Shown here piece by piece: positions 14,101-27,700 of a stretch of 64,000 nucleotides of DNA. The translations under genes and the position numbers were made by a program. This stretch comes from the human T2T-CHM13v2.0 reference genome, Homo sapiens, in NCBI GenBank assembly GCA_009914755.4, contig CP068257.2:18528001-18592000 (forward strand). Reading direction: 5' to 3'. Under the pieces are notes generated by a model. The model worked only from the letters and a program-made list of their open reading frames with translations, did not search any database and had not been told where the DNA came from. The stretch's first letter is position 1. Every line of letters begins with the position of its first letter.

Positions 14101-16026
14101 AATTTGTTTTTATTAAGACTAGTAAGCCTGAATGGATTATCACAACATTTTCAGAGATTTGTATATATTATTCTGTATTTTTACTATTCATTTATTTTCT
14201 CTGTGCTCTATTTTGGTTTTATATGTTTTTTAACTTTAATGTTTTATTATTCATTTATGAGTCCTCTATATCTAAGATATATAAACTCATGTTTATTTGT
14301 TGCACCTATTTCTACAGTTGCTCTTATCTTTTAACATTTTTATGTATTACTGTGCAATGTTTCAAATTTTCATGGCATCAAATTTATCATTTGTTACCTT
14401 TAATGTTGAAAACACTTTACATAATTATGGATCAATGTAATATCATCTTAATTAAAAGAAAAATGAATATTAAAAGAAGACAAGCATTCAATAAAAAATG
14501 AAGTACCTACTTCCAAAAAAACTAAGAAGCAGTGAGTACACACAATAAAATAAGATTTATATTCCATAGCTTCAAATGGAAAAAGAATGCAAATTTAAAA
14601 CAGGTGAATAATTTTGAGCAATGAGGTTAGAAGGGACCTCAAAGTGCACTAGACACGAAGCAGGATACTTAGACAGTACCATCCTGTGATCTAAGCAAGA
14701 GAGGCTCAATTCTTAGATCAGGGCTTTAGTGATCCTAACCATGAACCATCTGCCCAGCAACTGTAGCACTGAGGGGATACCCTCACATAGAGCCTGAACC
14801 TCTTTCCCAAAATATGATCTGGGACCTTGGCATTCCCCACCCAATTGGCCAAGCCTTCTCCCTGGCCCTCTGCCTTGTCTTTCTGAGAGCCTCATTGGTG
14901 TGCACATTCAGAGGCCAAAGGAATGATGGAAGGGGGTGTAGGTGGAGCCAGCTATGTGGATTTTGTTGTCTAAATGTTTGGTCACAAGGGCAAAAGACAG
15001 ATGCAGTCAAGCATGAGAAGTAAAGAATGCACAGGATGTGAACTGGTGCAGGACAGTTTTCTGGATGTCTTTGAGCCAGTTCAGTTATCCTTCCTTTCTT
15101 CCTTGTAGTCTTCAGAATAACTGTGGAATTTGCTGGGAATGTAATATCTTAAAATAAAGAGTAGCTAGTCAGAATAGCTATGTTCCTGTCTCTGACAGAA
15201 CAAGATATTCTACAATTCTTCAACCAGTGATTCAAATTTGCTCTCAGGGTATAAATCCAGGACAGGCTGCTTTCTGTGGCCCCTCAGCTGTGGTGCAGGA
15301 GGGGCATACTCCGAAAATACTCCAACTACCCTGCACAACTGTCCTGAACCTTGGGGGACCAGCTTGTTATGAATCCTGGTTTTCTACTGTCCCTTACTTC
15401 CTATCTGTGTGTAAGGATCCACTTCCTCATACTATCACATTGGCAACACCTGAATTTTTAAGGGGATGCATGCAAACCATAGCACCTTCCTGTTTGTGTG
15501 TCTTAAATCTCTTGTGCCTTCCACTTTACAGGACAAAGCACTTCAGTATAATATTTTTTGGAGATCCTTAACTTAATTACATCAGCAAAGATATTATTTC
15601 CAAATAAGGTCACATCCTTAGATAATGAGCATTAGAACTGGGCATATCTTTTTAGGGGGAACAGGGTCTCAATTCAAACCACTACACTATATAAAAACTA
15701 ACTTTAAATATAATTTTTTAAAACATCAAACTTATATCCAAAACTTTGGGTACTACACTTTTCTATTATAAATGTGACCTTTAGTAAACCTCATAGTCAC
15801 TCAATATGAAAGGTGACCTGCGAAAATACCTACTCTAACCTCTTTTACAGTTTAGGAAATAGAGAACATAATTTATGCATTTTGAAGTCAGAAATAACAC
15901 AATGTAGAGGCATCATCTTAGTACAGATAGCGTAGGTCAAATCTGGTTGCCACACGTGACCTCTTTGTCACTGGGTGATATAACTTCTTGAGTATTAATT
16001 TTGTCATCTTAAAATTTTGTATTATA

Positions 16027-16128
16027 ATTTTTTTATTATTATTATACTTTCAGTTTTAGGGTACATGGGCACAATGTGCAGGTTTGTTACATATGTATAC
16101 ATGTGCCATGTTGGTGTGCTGCACCTTA
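16027..16128 (-). mobile_element. L1PA 3'UTR terminal fragment (about 100 bp), antisense
   Basis: tttttttattattattatactttcagttttagggtacatgggcacaatgtgcaggtttgttacatatgtatacatgtgccatgttggtgtgctgcacc, which is the antisense of the young-L1 3' end. Confidence 0.8.
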
Positions 16129-17935
16129 TAGTGTAATTAAAATGATTAAATGAAATAACTCAATCTACTGCAGAACTTGCTACAGAATATTTGCTCAGGA
16201 TATAATAGATATTATTCTGATAAATAAGCTATTCTGATAAAGAGTCACATACAGAAAATGGCAGACCCTCTTCTTGATGCCTCATTCTTGGTCCTATTAC
16301 TCCTTTTACATTAAATGATTGAGCCGTGGATTATCCTGTGTGTGTGTGAAATTTTGGCTCTACCAGTATTCCCAAAGCATCTTAATATTGTGATGCTTTA
16401 TGAAATCCTGATGTCAGTCATTCCACTTTCTTGATGTGCATATTATGAAAGGTTGGAAAAATAAATTTATAGGCACACACATTAGGAACAATAAAAATAG
16501 CAGAAAAATAGTTCTACCTAATAGAAATATAGGTAGAAAATAGAAATAGTTCTACCTAATAGAAAAATAACACGAAATATTACCAATCTTTTCAAAAGAA
16601 ATAAACATTATCTTTCTTTGGTAATGTATATGTAATGTTTATTCATTCACTGGTTATTTTCAAGAAATAAATCATGAACTTCTAAATTGTGCATGGAATC
16701 AAGCTAGATTGAAAAAAAGGTTTTCCCCTCTTATTACTGTGTAGAGTTTAGAGTAGAACTGGGAGAAATATTGGAGGTAGGTTACCCTTGTCTTCCTAGG
16801 AGAAGCATTATCACCTAGTAAACTAATCCCTGCTTTGTGTACTATAAAAATATGCTCATAAATATCATTAAAATATTACACCTAACTGAAGAAAAATATG
16901 TTTTAAAGACATATTTAAATATATGTCCTTAAACATATATTTTATGAAATATGAAACAAACATATTTCATGATTACTTATAGAAAATGTATATATATAGA
17001 TATCAGATTTTCCATTTAATCTTTGTAAATTTAGATTTTGATTTGTCAAGCATACAGATACGTTACAAAGCCGTCAAGAAATTTTTATATTCTTTCTACC
17101 TATATTCAACAATTACTTGTATTTCATCCCATTTTAGTCATATTCTCTATCCTTCTCCCTACTCTTTCCTTCTTCTTCTCTACCTTTACACCATCTATCT
17201 ACCTATCCATCTATCATCAGTCGTTTTTCCCATGTCCTCACCATACCATTTAAGAGTGTGTTCACTTCCTGTGACTTCAATGACAAATCATCACTTAGTG
17301 GTTTAATAGATAACTTTGTGGTTTGAAAAAATAGAAATTTGTTCTCTCACAGACCTGGAGACCAGAATTCCAAAGTCAAGTTTTTGGAAATGTCATGTTT
17401 CCCATAGAAGCTATAGGAATAAAATCCATTCCATGCCTCTTCCAGCTTCTGAAAGCTGCCAGCTTTCTTTGGCTTGTGGCCACATCACTCTAATCTCTAC
17501 TTCCTTAATCACGATTTCCTCTTTTTTTCTCCCCAAAATTCATTTTGATCACTTGTATGGGGATACAAGCAATTGCATTTAGGACCCACCTTGGTAATCA
17601 AAGATATTCTCTTTCTCTCTAGATCCTTAACTTAATTGCATCTTTTGCCATATAATGTAATATTGACATGTGTTGTGGATTAAGAATTTTACATCTTTAG
17701 GGGTCTTTTCTAATCCAACCACAATAAGAGATACAGTGATCCTTTAACCTTAATTTTCTTCAGTATATATTTCCTAAGAAGAAGGGTATTCTCTCAACCA
17801 TGCAACAGATGACAAAAATCAGACAATTCAACATTAATAATAATTAGTGTTTCCCTAGCCATATTAAAGCCTAAGAAACAATAAAAATCAGTAATGTTGA
17901 TCCTGTAAGTATTTAAAATTTTTATATCTTATTTA

Positions 17936-18300
17936 TCTTAGTCCTTTCGAGCTGCTACAACAAAAATACTATTGACTGGGTGGCTTAAACATATACTTCT
18001 GACAGTCCTAGAGGCTGTGAAGTCTAAGATCAAGGTGCTGGCAGATTCAGTGTCTGGTGGAGTCCCACGTCCTGGTTCATAGAGACGAATTTCATGCTGT
18101 TTCCTCACAAAGCAGAAAGGGAAAGAGAGAACTCTCTGGATCCCATTTGTAAGGGCACAATCCTGTTTGTGAGGACTTCATTTTATAACCTTATTATTTC
18201 CCAAAGACTCACCTTCTAATAATACCGTCACACTGGGGATTACAAGTTCACCTTTTCATTTTGGAGGGATACATGCAGTTTGTTCAGTTTATCATGAATT
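17936..18300 (-). mobile_element. ERVL-MaLR LTR (MLT1-like), antisense
   Basis: tcttagtcctttcgagctgctacaacaaaaatactattgactgggtggcttaaacatatacttctgacagtcctagaggctgtgaagtctaagatcaaggtgctggcag... is the reverse complement of the conserved MaLR LTR 3' module (...ccagcctccagaactgtgagaaataaatttctgttgtttaagccacccagtctatggtattttgttatagcagc...gactaaga). Confidence 0.55.
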
Positions 18301-21300
18301 TTTGCATTGTTTAAAATATTACATTCAAATATTATTTATTGTGATTGCTAAGTTTTTGTGCCACCATAAGTTTTGTGCCCAAGACAAATGACACCCTCAC
18401 TTCACAATATCCCAGTCTTGATCTACAGGCCATATCTAAATTTTATCAATTTTTCCAATACCCTCAATAACAATTTTCTTCTATACAGACTCCTATTAGG
18501 ATCACGATAGCACTTCTTTGTTTATCTCTTATTCTGGAGCTATTTTCAACCTTTCTTTCGTTTCTTAATCTTGATGTTTTGAAGGGTACAGGCCAGTTAT
18601 TTTGTAGAATGTCTGTCAATTTGGATTTATTTTCTATTTTTCGTGTTTGATTCATGTTACGGTGTGTGTGTGTTATGGCAGGAGTATCACTGAGGTGATG
18701 TGGCTTTTTCCACATATTAGAAAGGACATGATATTGCTTTGTTCCACTATTGATGACATTAGGTCAGGTTAAGTTTGGTGGCCTGATTAAAGTGGTATCT
18801 ACCATGTTTATCACACTATAACATTACTATTTTTCTCTTTATAATCATGAAATAATTTGTGGAATATCCTTAGCAACTATGTCTTGTTCATAGTCCAAAT
18901 TTGATTCCTGTACTAGCAACCACTGACAATTTTCTAATTCATTTGTTACTATACTTACAACTTTTTGTATTATATGTATAACTTTATTTTTTACTTAAAA
19001 TTCAACTATAAGGAAGATATTTTAATTCCTTTCGTATAAATGCATGCAAGTATGTATGTATGTTATATCAATTCAGGCATTCATATTTTATTCAATGGTA
19101 CATTAAATTTTTCTTAGTATGGTTAGTGAAAGATCTTCCAGCTGCCTTTTGGATCATTTTGAGGATTCCCCATAATTGTTTGAGCTTTTTCCATATTTTT
19201 GATCCAAACAAGATGTAAAAATATCATCTTGTGCTTTACATGCTCCAATCTAGGGATCGACAGTTTGTCAAAAAATCTTGGTATTTTTTTTAGTAGAGAA
19301 TGGCCTCTCTTGTTTCTGATGATGTCAGCTTTTATTTCTATCATTTTCTTGTATTTAATACGAAAATTTCCCATGACTTCTTTCAATGTTTTCTATTCAT
19401 TTTGGGATGTCACCATTTTCTGTCTTATGTACCTTGGTGTGGCTGTATTTCTCCTGCTTGTAGTTCACTGTTCTTGAATATTTAAGTTTAGGTTTTTCAT
19501 CACATTTAAAAAAATGGTTAGTCATTATTTCTTCAACATAACTTTTCCCAATTCTCTTTCTTCTCACCCATGGGAATGTAAATACACATATAACATTTAA
19601 TATTCTCCCAAAAAATACTGACTTTAAAAATTTTTCTCTCTCCTATTTGTTACTTAAATTCTATTTATTTATCTTGACATTGTCCTACAAACCATTGAGT
19701 TTCTATTATTTTTATTTTTTTATATTATTTTTATATATTATTTTATATATTGTATAAATGCTATAAAATTATCTTCAACTTAACTGACTCCTTTTGTTCT
19801 ATCTATAACTTTCTGGTTTGCCCATTCAGGGAATATAAGAGCATGAATTATAAGAGCATGAGTCATACTTTTTTGATTCTTCACATATCTAGTAATTTCT
19901 TTGTATCGCATGTTAGGCAATCCAAATATATTGTAGAGATTCTGGTTCCAATAATATTTATCTGCAAATGATATTTGTCCAAGAAGTAAATTTCAATTGC
20001 CTAGACCCAAACTTCAAATTCTCTCTCCTTTATGATGGGTAGTAACTGGAAATCTGCATCCTTCCAGACTCTAGCTACTTTATTTGACAAACACCTACAT
20101 GTCTCCTTTATGCTTAAACAGATCAGTGACTAGTCATGAATTTACTGTATATGTGTCAACGTTGGTCTCATTCTTTGTGAAACTCTCTTTCCAGGAATTT
20201 TTTTCCTTTAATTTCCCAGCTAATATACCAGCCCCAAAGTCTGTGTCTGACCTCATGCCTCTGCACCACAGAGATTAGAGAGTACGCTCCAACAAAACCC
20301 TGAAAGCATGCCAATCTCACCTGGAGCAATTCCTATCTTACAGGAGCCACCCTTTTCCAGATTCTTCTTATTTCAGATCCATATATAATTACAGCATTTA
20401 AAAAATACTGTATACAAGTATTATAGTTGTTATCTGTGGGAGATTTGTCTTATACAAATTTCTCTCACATTATTCCAAGCTGGAACATCAAATTTGTTTT
20501 CAATTTTGCAGATTTTCTAAAATTAAAATTTACACTAACTCTAACTACTTAAGATAGAAGTAGAATTGCTCTGGTTAAATAAAGAAATAGAGGTAGAATC
20601 CTGTCCTTTTTCCGGACAAACACATATGTCACAAAATTACCCAGATATACTCCATAATAATTCTAGGTTTTCATAGATAGTTTCAAAATAATTTATCTAT
20701 ATCACATAATGAGTACTTATGAGGGGAAACATATACCATTCAGAATATATTCACATACGTGACCAGAAAAATTGACCATCGGTTTATCACAATCTTCAAG
20801 CCAAACTCCAAAGGACATCTAAAAAATGCACATTACTTTAAATATATTTAAGGCTGCTTTACAATATATTAAATATATTGTATAATTAGCTAAGTGCGGC
20901 ATATATAATTATTGTCATTTTAGTACTGCAACTACTTTATCATTCCACAATAAGAACTGAAAACGTATAATTTTATGACTATATGTGACAGACACTATGT
21001 TAAGAGTTCTGAAAATGTTATCTGACTTTATTTTTACTAAAAGCTTTTGACATAAGGGTTATTAGTCTGATTATACAAAAGTGAAAGCTGAGCTATAAAG
21101 ATATCTTACTACTTACTCAAAGAGAGGCAAATAGTAAAAATATGATCCACAAATCAAACCTCACTTCGTATGCCTGTGAAAACACATTCTTTGAAACATA
21201 TCATCTTTCATTTCCCAAACAAGGAAAGTGTTTCTCAAAGAATTAAATATTTTGACAAGATTTACATTCATTATAATATAGAGATTGGGCTTAAAACCAG

Positions 21301-21443
21301 TTCTTTTAATTGTTGGGCTTAGCCATTTTGTGCTATATAGCATGACAGAAAAAAAAGGAGGAGAGAGACCATATTAGGACATGTAGGGCTATTGCTGCAA
21401 CTCTGAAATTTGAGTAGTTTAACCACATAAAAATGTATTTCTC

Positions 21444-21722
21444 GGCCAGGCGCGGTGGCTCACGCCTGTAATCCCAGCACTTTGGGAGGCCGAGGCAGTC
21501 AGATCACGAGGTCAGGAGATGGAGACCATCCTGGCTAACACAGTGAAAACCCGTCTCTACTAAAAATAAAATAAATTAGCCTGTAGTCCCAGCTACCAGG
21601 GAGGCTGAGGCAGGAGAATGGCGTGAACCCGGAGGCAGAGCTTGCAGTGAGCCGAGATCGCGCCACCGCACTCCAGCCTGGGCGACAGAGCAAGACGCCG
21701 TCTCAAACAAACAAACAAACAA
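21444..21722 (+). mobile_element. AluY with an approximately 18-bp internal deletion
   Basis: Runs from ggccaggcgcggtggctcacgcctgtaatcccagcactttgggaggccgaggc... through ...gagatggagaccatcctggctaacacagtgaaaacccgtctctactaaaaataaaataaattagcc|tgtagtcccagc... to ...gtctcaaacaaacaaacaaacaa. The consensus segment gggcgtggtggcgggcgc is missing at the bar. TSD tatttctc lies at 21436-21443 and 21788-21795. Confidence 0.9.
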
Positions 21723-21787
21723 TATATATATATATATAAAATATATTGTTTTGTATTATATATATATAAATAAATATATAATATATA
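21723..21787. repeat. TA-rich simple repeat derived from the Alu tail
   Basis: tatatatatatatataaaatatattgttttgtattatatatatataaataaatatataatatatatat, lying between the Alu A-tail and the 3' TSD. Confidence 0.85.
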
Positions 21788-24700
21788 TATTTCTCATTTA
21801 CACAAAATCCAATGTGAATTAGTAGCTTTCTTTGACTTTGGGTTTTAATTTAAGCAAAAGATACCATTATGGTTTGACTGTAATGGTGACAGTAAAGCTG
21901 AGTCTTCAAGGAAGTAAGTGTAAGCTGTGCATGTCATGTGAAAGAGCATCCTGGGAAAGGTACAGGAAGTTCAGAGGTCCAGTGTGAGATGATTTTTGGC
22001 TAATTGAAGAGCGTCTGGGACGCCAGTGTTCTTGGTACAGAGGGAGAAAATTGTAGAAGTTGAGGCTGGGGATGTAAAGTCTGTAGGTCTTTGAAAGCCA
22101 TTGACTTTATTCTAAATAAGATGGAATTCCTCTTCTTCGGTCTTCCACGCCAGGCTCTAATACCTAATTATCAAAACTTAAATAATGTGTCTTCTAATTA
22201 TATATACATCTTTCCTCTCTGTCTTTGTCAGCAGACTCTGTGCATATTTGTTAGCATATGTACAACAAACCTGTTTTGTGTTTGGTGCCTGACAGAGAAG
22301 TCATACTGGCTGCGTGTTTCTTGATCAGATTTTATGTTCCACTTCAGGTTCATGGGTGTCCCTGTGGGAATATGGTCCTCTTTACATGCTTAGAATCAAG
22401 CCATTGGGTTTTCATTGTCATATTATCTTGGACCCAAATCAATTTGGCCCTCTATAAGTAAACTCCACTACGAAGTGCATAGGTTTGTCCTTTAACCACA
22501 TCTGGAGATTTGGACACTTTATCCAAGTCAATTGGTTTTTCCACTTAGCCTTCCCCTTATATTAATCCAGCCTTCTGTTTTGACTCCTGTGCTCTACTAC
22601 TCAACCTCCTGTTCCGACTCCTGGAGTCCTTGTCCCTCTAGTTCTACTCTGTCTCAACTCACAAAACTGACATCAGCCATAATTATTAAGTAAAGGTAAT
22701 ATGTGATCCTCTGACATCCTGGAGAATGCAAATGAATTGATATTTCTCCTAACTCTGCAATGAAGAGTCAGACTTGAAACGCTAGTACTGTCATGTGATT
22801 TATTACTATAAAAATATTCAATGAAAAATGTGCATCTTTTTCCAAACTTGTCATTTGGGATTGGCAATTCAAAAAACAATAATAATGCTTGGAGAATCAA
22901 AATTATCTACCTCATTCTCTCAAAATATGAGTTACCCAGGTAATCAAAGTGACAATGTTGAAATAGATATAGGTTAAGTAAATTAGAAAGAGGACGTTAT
23001 GGATAATTACTATAAAACTAACAGATTAAAAATTAGCAGATTAAGATTATAGCTAATCAATTTGTTTTAGTTTATAAATAAAACATGAGTTTTGATATAT
23101 ACTTGAAACATTTAATACTAGTGAATAGTAATATTAGTTAATTAATGAGGCAAAAATAATACCACATTTGTTCTGTACAACTAAACTTTTAAAATCCATT
23201 TTAAAAGCATCTTCTATGAATAAGCTTTAGTAAAAAGAACAACAAATTGCTACCAAATACATTATAGAGAGTATTAATGGTGCATTTGATTTCTGCACAC
23301 ATAGACTGTTGAATAGCTTTCAAGTGAAAGTCCATAAAGAAATACATATCAATACAAATAAACTAACACTTATTTTATTATAGTGAGTTGCATATTTTTT
23401 CCAAGCTAGGGTCAATAGAAAGGTAACTCTATTTCAGTGAAAAGCTAGTTTTTCCTAAAATAATGTTTCATTATTTATACCTATATGTACATATTTTTTT
23501 CTAAGTCTGTGTCTCTGTAATAACTGCACTGGTTCAGGAAATGACCAAAGTTTTCCTAAGTTGAATTGTAGAAATATTTTTCAATCATGTGATGCTTTTT
23601 TCAAAGTTTGATTTTTGCTTTCCCTAGATATTGGTTCCTGAAATTGATAGTTTATAGTTTATGATAGAAGAACTGAAGATATATTTTCCACTTCTCGATC
23701 TGCCTATCCAGAAATGCATCTAGGTTTTCTTCCAGGTGATTAAACTGTAATCTCTTAACAATTCACTCGTTGAATTTTTAAATACACTTCTCTCTGTTCC
23801 CTCCGTGAAAGAGCATTTGTTGCCGAGCAAAAAGGTGATCTTCAGACTTTCCAGACCAGCAGCACCCAGAGATACATGTATTCCTTTTTGTCCCTAAAAA
23901 ATTTCATGGATTAGGTGGGCATTTAGAATATTAGTGGAAAAAAGCATACTCCAGAAACTTGTTTCATTTTTATTTTTTTCTGTATCATTATGCCTAAGAA
24001 TGCACCTGCCTCAATGCATGCTGCTAGTCTTTCTTCTAATCCTTCCTTTCATAATTATCACTCTTTATTTAGAAAAGAAATCCATATCTTTTACCCACTG
24101 TGAAATAGAAACTTCACTGTTTCTTTACTCTTGAGTAAAAAGTCTGAAGTGTGCCAAGCAAAGGAACAATTCAAAACACTGATGTTTGTGAGGACTCTTT
24201 TATTCAAAACATCACAAATCCATGGTAGGACTGATTTTGCATTTTTACACACATAGGCACACACTCATATACATCCTATTAAAGTGGAAAAGTGGCATTA
24301 CAAATGGTATATTCTGACCTATTCCACAATATCTGAATTAAAACTTATTATATAAGAAATTCTGGGAGTGATATCAATTCCTCTTTCATTCCTGTGTTAA
24401 TCAACGCACTCATTGTTCCTGAGAAAGAGAACCAAGGGGAATTAAAATTGTCTATAGAAATTTTAGATGATGTATTATTTATGTAATGATTCTGTAGACA
24501 TTAAATTAATAATGCAAACTTGACCGCATAACTCCATTCTCAGCAGTATTGATAATGACAAATAGTCTGCTCAATTCTGTTATTCATGTATACCACAGAC
24601 ATATGGGATCCCACATTTTTCATGACCTTAAGAAAGATGTAAATTCGTGCTTTTAATTTTTTTAATATTCATTTAGAATCAGAAGAGAATCATCTCTTTC

Positions 24701-27700
24701 CTAAGCTCCAGTATTATCATTTTGGCCAATCTACCAACTTCCCTTATCTGGATCCCTTATCTGCAATCACCTCTTCATTTTTTTTCTACTTGTACACCAG
24801 GTCCACTATTTTCTATTTGCAAAAAGAGCAGCCAGAATGATCTCTGTGAAACAAATTTCGTTATTCCACTTTTCTGCTTCAAACACCCATAGTAAATCTC
24901 AAGGCCGTACCATACCAAGGGGCTGGCCCCCGTTACCTCCTTGACAGTCCCCTTAACTACCTTCCTTATCTGTTTATTCCCATTAAGGCACATCATGCCA
25001 GAATATGTTCACCTCAGAATGTTTGCAAGGCTTTATTTAAACCTTTTCATTATGGGTGGTGGGATGACAATATTTAGTTAAGCAAATCAAGTGCTTATGT
25101 TTTTATCTCAGAACTATAACAGCGGTGCTGGTTTAAAATATTTGTAAACAAAATGTAAGATAGGGCAGGGGGAGATCATTTAGGGTATTATTGCAAATAT
25201 AGGAGTAAATTTATATGAACTAAAGCGAAAATAATTGTAACAGAGGATCATAGACTTTGATGCATTTAGAAAGTATCTGACCAGCTCTGTAAGGGGAATA
25301 TGAAAAAAAAAAATTGGCATGATTTAGAAGTTTGTTTGAGCAACTGGATGAATTATCATGACAACAAATGATATTGAGGATAAATACCAAAGAGATTAAA
25401 AGAGTAGAGCTAATCTTTCTGTATATCTCTGCACTTCAACAGACTGTCTGGCTTGAGAAATTACAGGCAGCTCATGGGGCTGAAGATAGACAAATATGCA
25501 TTCCTGGAGGGTCATTTTCTCTGTCTGTAAATGAGTTTGGTAGCTGGCTCAGTAGGTTCAAGGCAGCATAATTACTTCTTTTTTTTTTTTTAGATGAAGC
25601 TTGCTTCCGGTCTCTGGAGGCTTCCCGTATCTAACAAGACCAGTAGTCTTATTGGTATGAAGCTGCATAGATGTTTCCAATACCCCCAGCCTTATAAATA
25701 CTTTGATTATTATGAAGGTGAAAACCATGCTCTAACAAAATATTGGCCATGGTGAAATCAGACCACCCATAACTGGTTCAAGCTGCGGGACAATGTCACT
25801 CAAGAAGATTGTTGTCACTCTACTAGTTCCCTTAATTTAAACTAAGTTCTCCATAAACCTTCATCTTTTGTGTGTCTCTCCTACTTTTTTGCACATGTCT
25901 TCAACTTTTCTTTGCACATGGTGAATTTCAGTCTTTTTTCTGCGCCAAGGTTTCCAGTTTTTATGTGGTGTTCACTCTCCCTTATTTTGATTGCAGTGAT
26001 TAAAAAGAAATCTTGAGATTTAGATAAGCTGACTTTACATTTTCAAATGGGGAAACTGAATGGTCTTTGAGATTTCATAAAGAGATTTCCAGGTAAAATA
26101 TACATAAATATTATAGCTCAGAAAACTAGGGTATTCTGTGTATTATTCTGATTCTCTAGGGAGACAAATTTAAGAGAAGAAGGCCCCTAGTTACCCATTT
26201 CAGCTCTATAGATTACTAGCTTTCAACAATGAGTTCTCACCTGTAAAACAGATACACTGATGGCATCTTTGCACAGGAGGATTATTATATAGATAACTGA
26301 TATAATTTATGTAATGTGCATGTATATTCCCTAGCATTCAAAAATGTTACCTTGTAGTGTTGTTATTGTCATTATTATTATTCTCTGTTCTAGACTTTGA
26401 ATGTGTTGAAGTCCTAGGCTTTAAGTAATCATAGCTGTATTTCCAATGGCTAATACAATGAGTGGCAAATACTAGCTATTCAATATCTATTTCTTTAAAG
26501 AACTAACCACACAGGTTAAGGTCATAAGTTGACTTTCTCTTTATTCACTTCTAAGACTGAAGAAAACTGATAGCCAGAGAAAATTTCAATTGAATTTGAA
26601 GCAATGCTGTCTTGAATATGCAGTAATACTTACCAAAGTGTTAGGGAAATTGTGCCATGTTCCCATATTTACACCTTCTTCTCTTAACAAGACCAAGTCA
26701 AAAACTAAATGTTCTCTCTCTTTTTGTGTTTGTTTCATCATTTTCTTTCCTTGAATTATCTTCCATGCTATATTTTGGTGCATCTGATTGGAAAGTTATA
26801 AAATTTATTTTTTAGCATCTGATTTGAGAGTTAATGACCTCTTATATTTTGTGTCCTCCATAAATATTATGAGAAATCATGGTATACAGAGCTAAATACA
26901 AATACATCATTTAGAAAATATTTTGCATTTTTGTTGTTTTTAACTTTATCTTAATTCATGAGAAAATAATTTTAATATAAGTATTTTGGCCTAGTCAACA
27001 TATAGTTTTTACCATTAAACAATTATATTGAAATTCTTCAATAAGAACTGTATTCTGTGTATATAACATTTATGTTAGAAATATTAATTTATTAACCATG
27101 CATAAAAATTTATATTTTCTTATATCATTAATTTTATGTAATATATGTGTGCTCATTCCCAGTCCCCCAAATTATAGAAATAATATTTACAGTGTAGCAG
27201 GATTTTAAACCTAGAATATTACATATTAAAATTTATAAATATTCAAAAATACATTTTTAATTACAGATGGCTACATAATTATGAACAATATAATACCCAG
27301 TTATTTATGAACTTTTCTTTTCTCAGGCTAATTATTTGTTCATTTCATTGTTTTTGCTACTCAGGGCCAATGACATTAGAGTAAGTTGTTGTCTGTATCT
27401 GGCGATCTCTCATTTATAAAAATGCTCTTCCAACTTTTGATTGCTCTAGATAAAATCTAAATGGTAAGTAATGAAAGTTCCTACTATATAGTTCTTACTA
27501 TGTAATTCTATTCCAATTATAGAGTTAAATATACAGAAATACACATGAAATGCAAAATAAATGCACATAAAATGTAGAGGATTAAAAATAATAAAAAGTT
27601 ACAATGTCCTACTCAGTCTTTTAAATTTTAATTAGGTACCTAGGATATTTCCATAATTCCATTGTGTTCACCCTTTTAAGATTCCAAAAATTTTTTATAA

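Noticed and set aside
13944-14501. 185-aa ORF on the plus strand, the longest non-transposon ORF in the track.
   Set aside because: It is the translation of the polypyrimidine tract and adjacent AT-rich DNA. The product is a run of F/L/S/P with no domain-like composition, and the frame has no credible start context.
25577-25757. A (T)15 run followed by AG and then a 53-aa ORF (MKLASGLWRLPVSNKTSSLIGMKLHRCF...), considered as a splice acceptor plus coding exon.
   Set aside because: The ORF is below any meaningful length, it shows no recognisable motif and no splice-donor-like exit, and the T-run is more simply a degraded A-tail of a minus-strand retroposed fragment.
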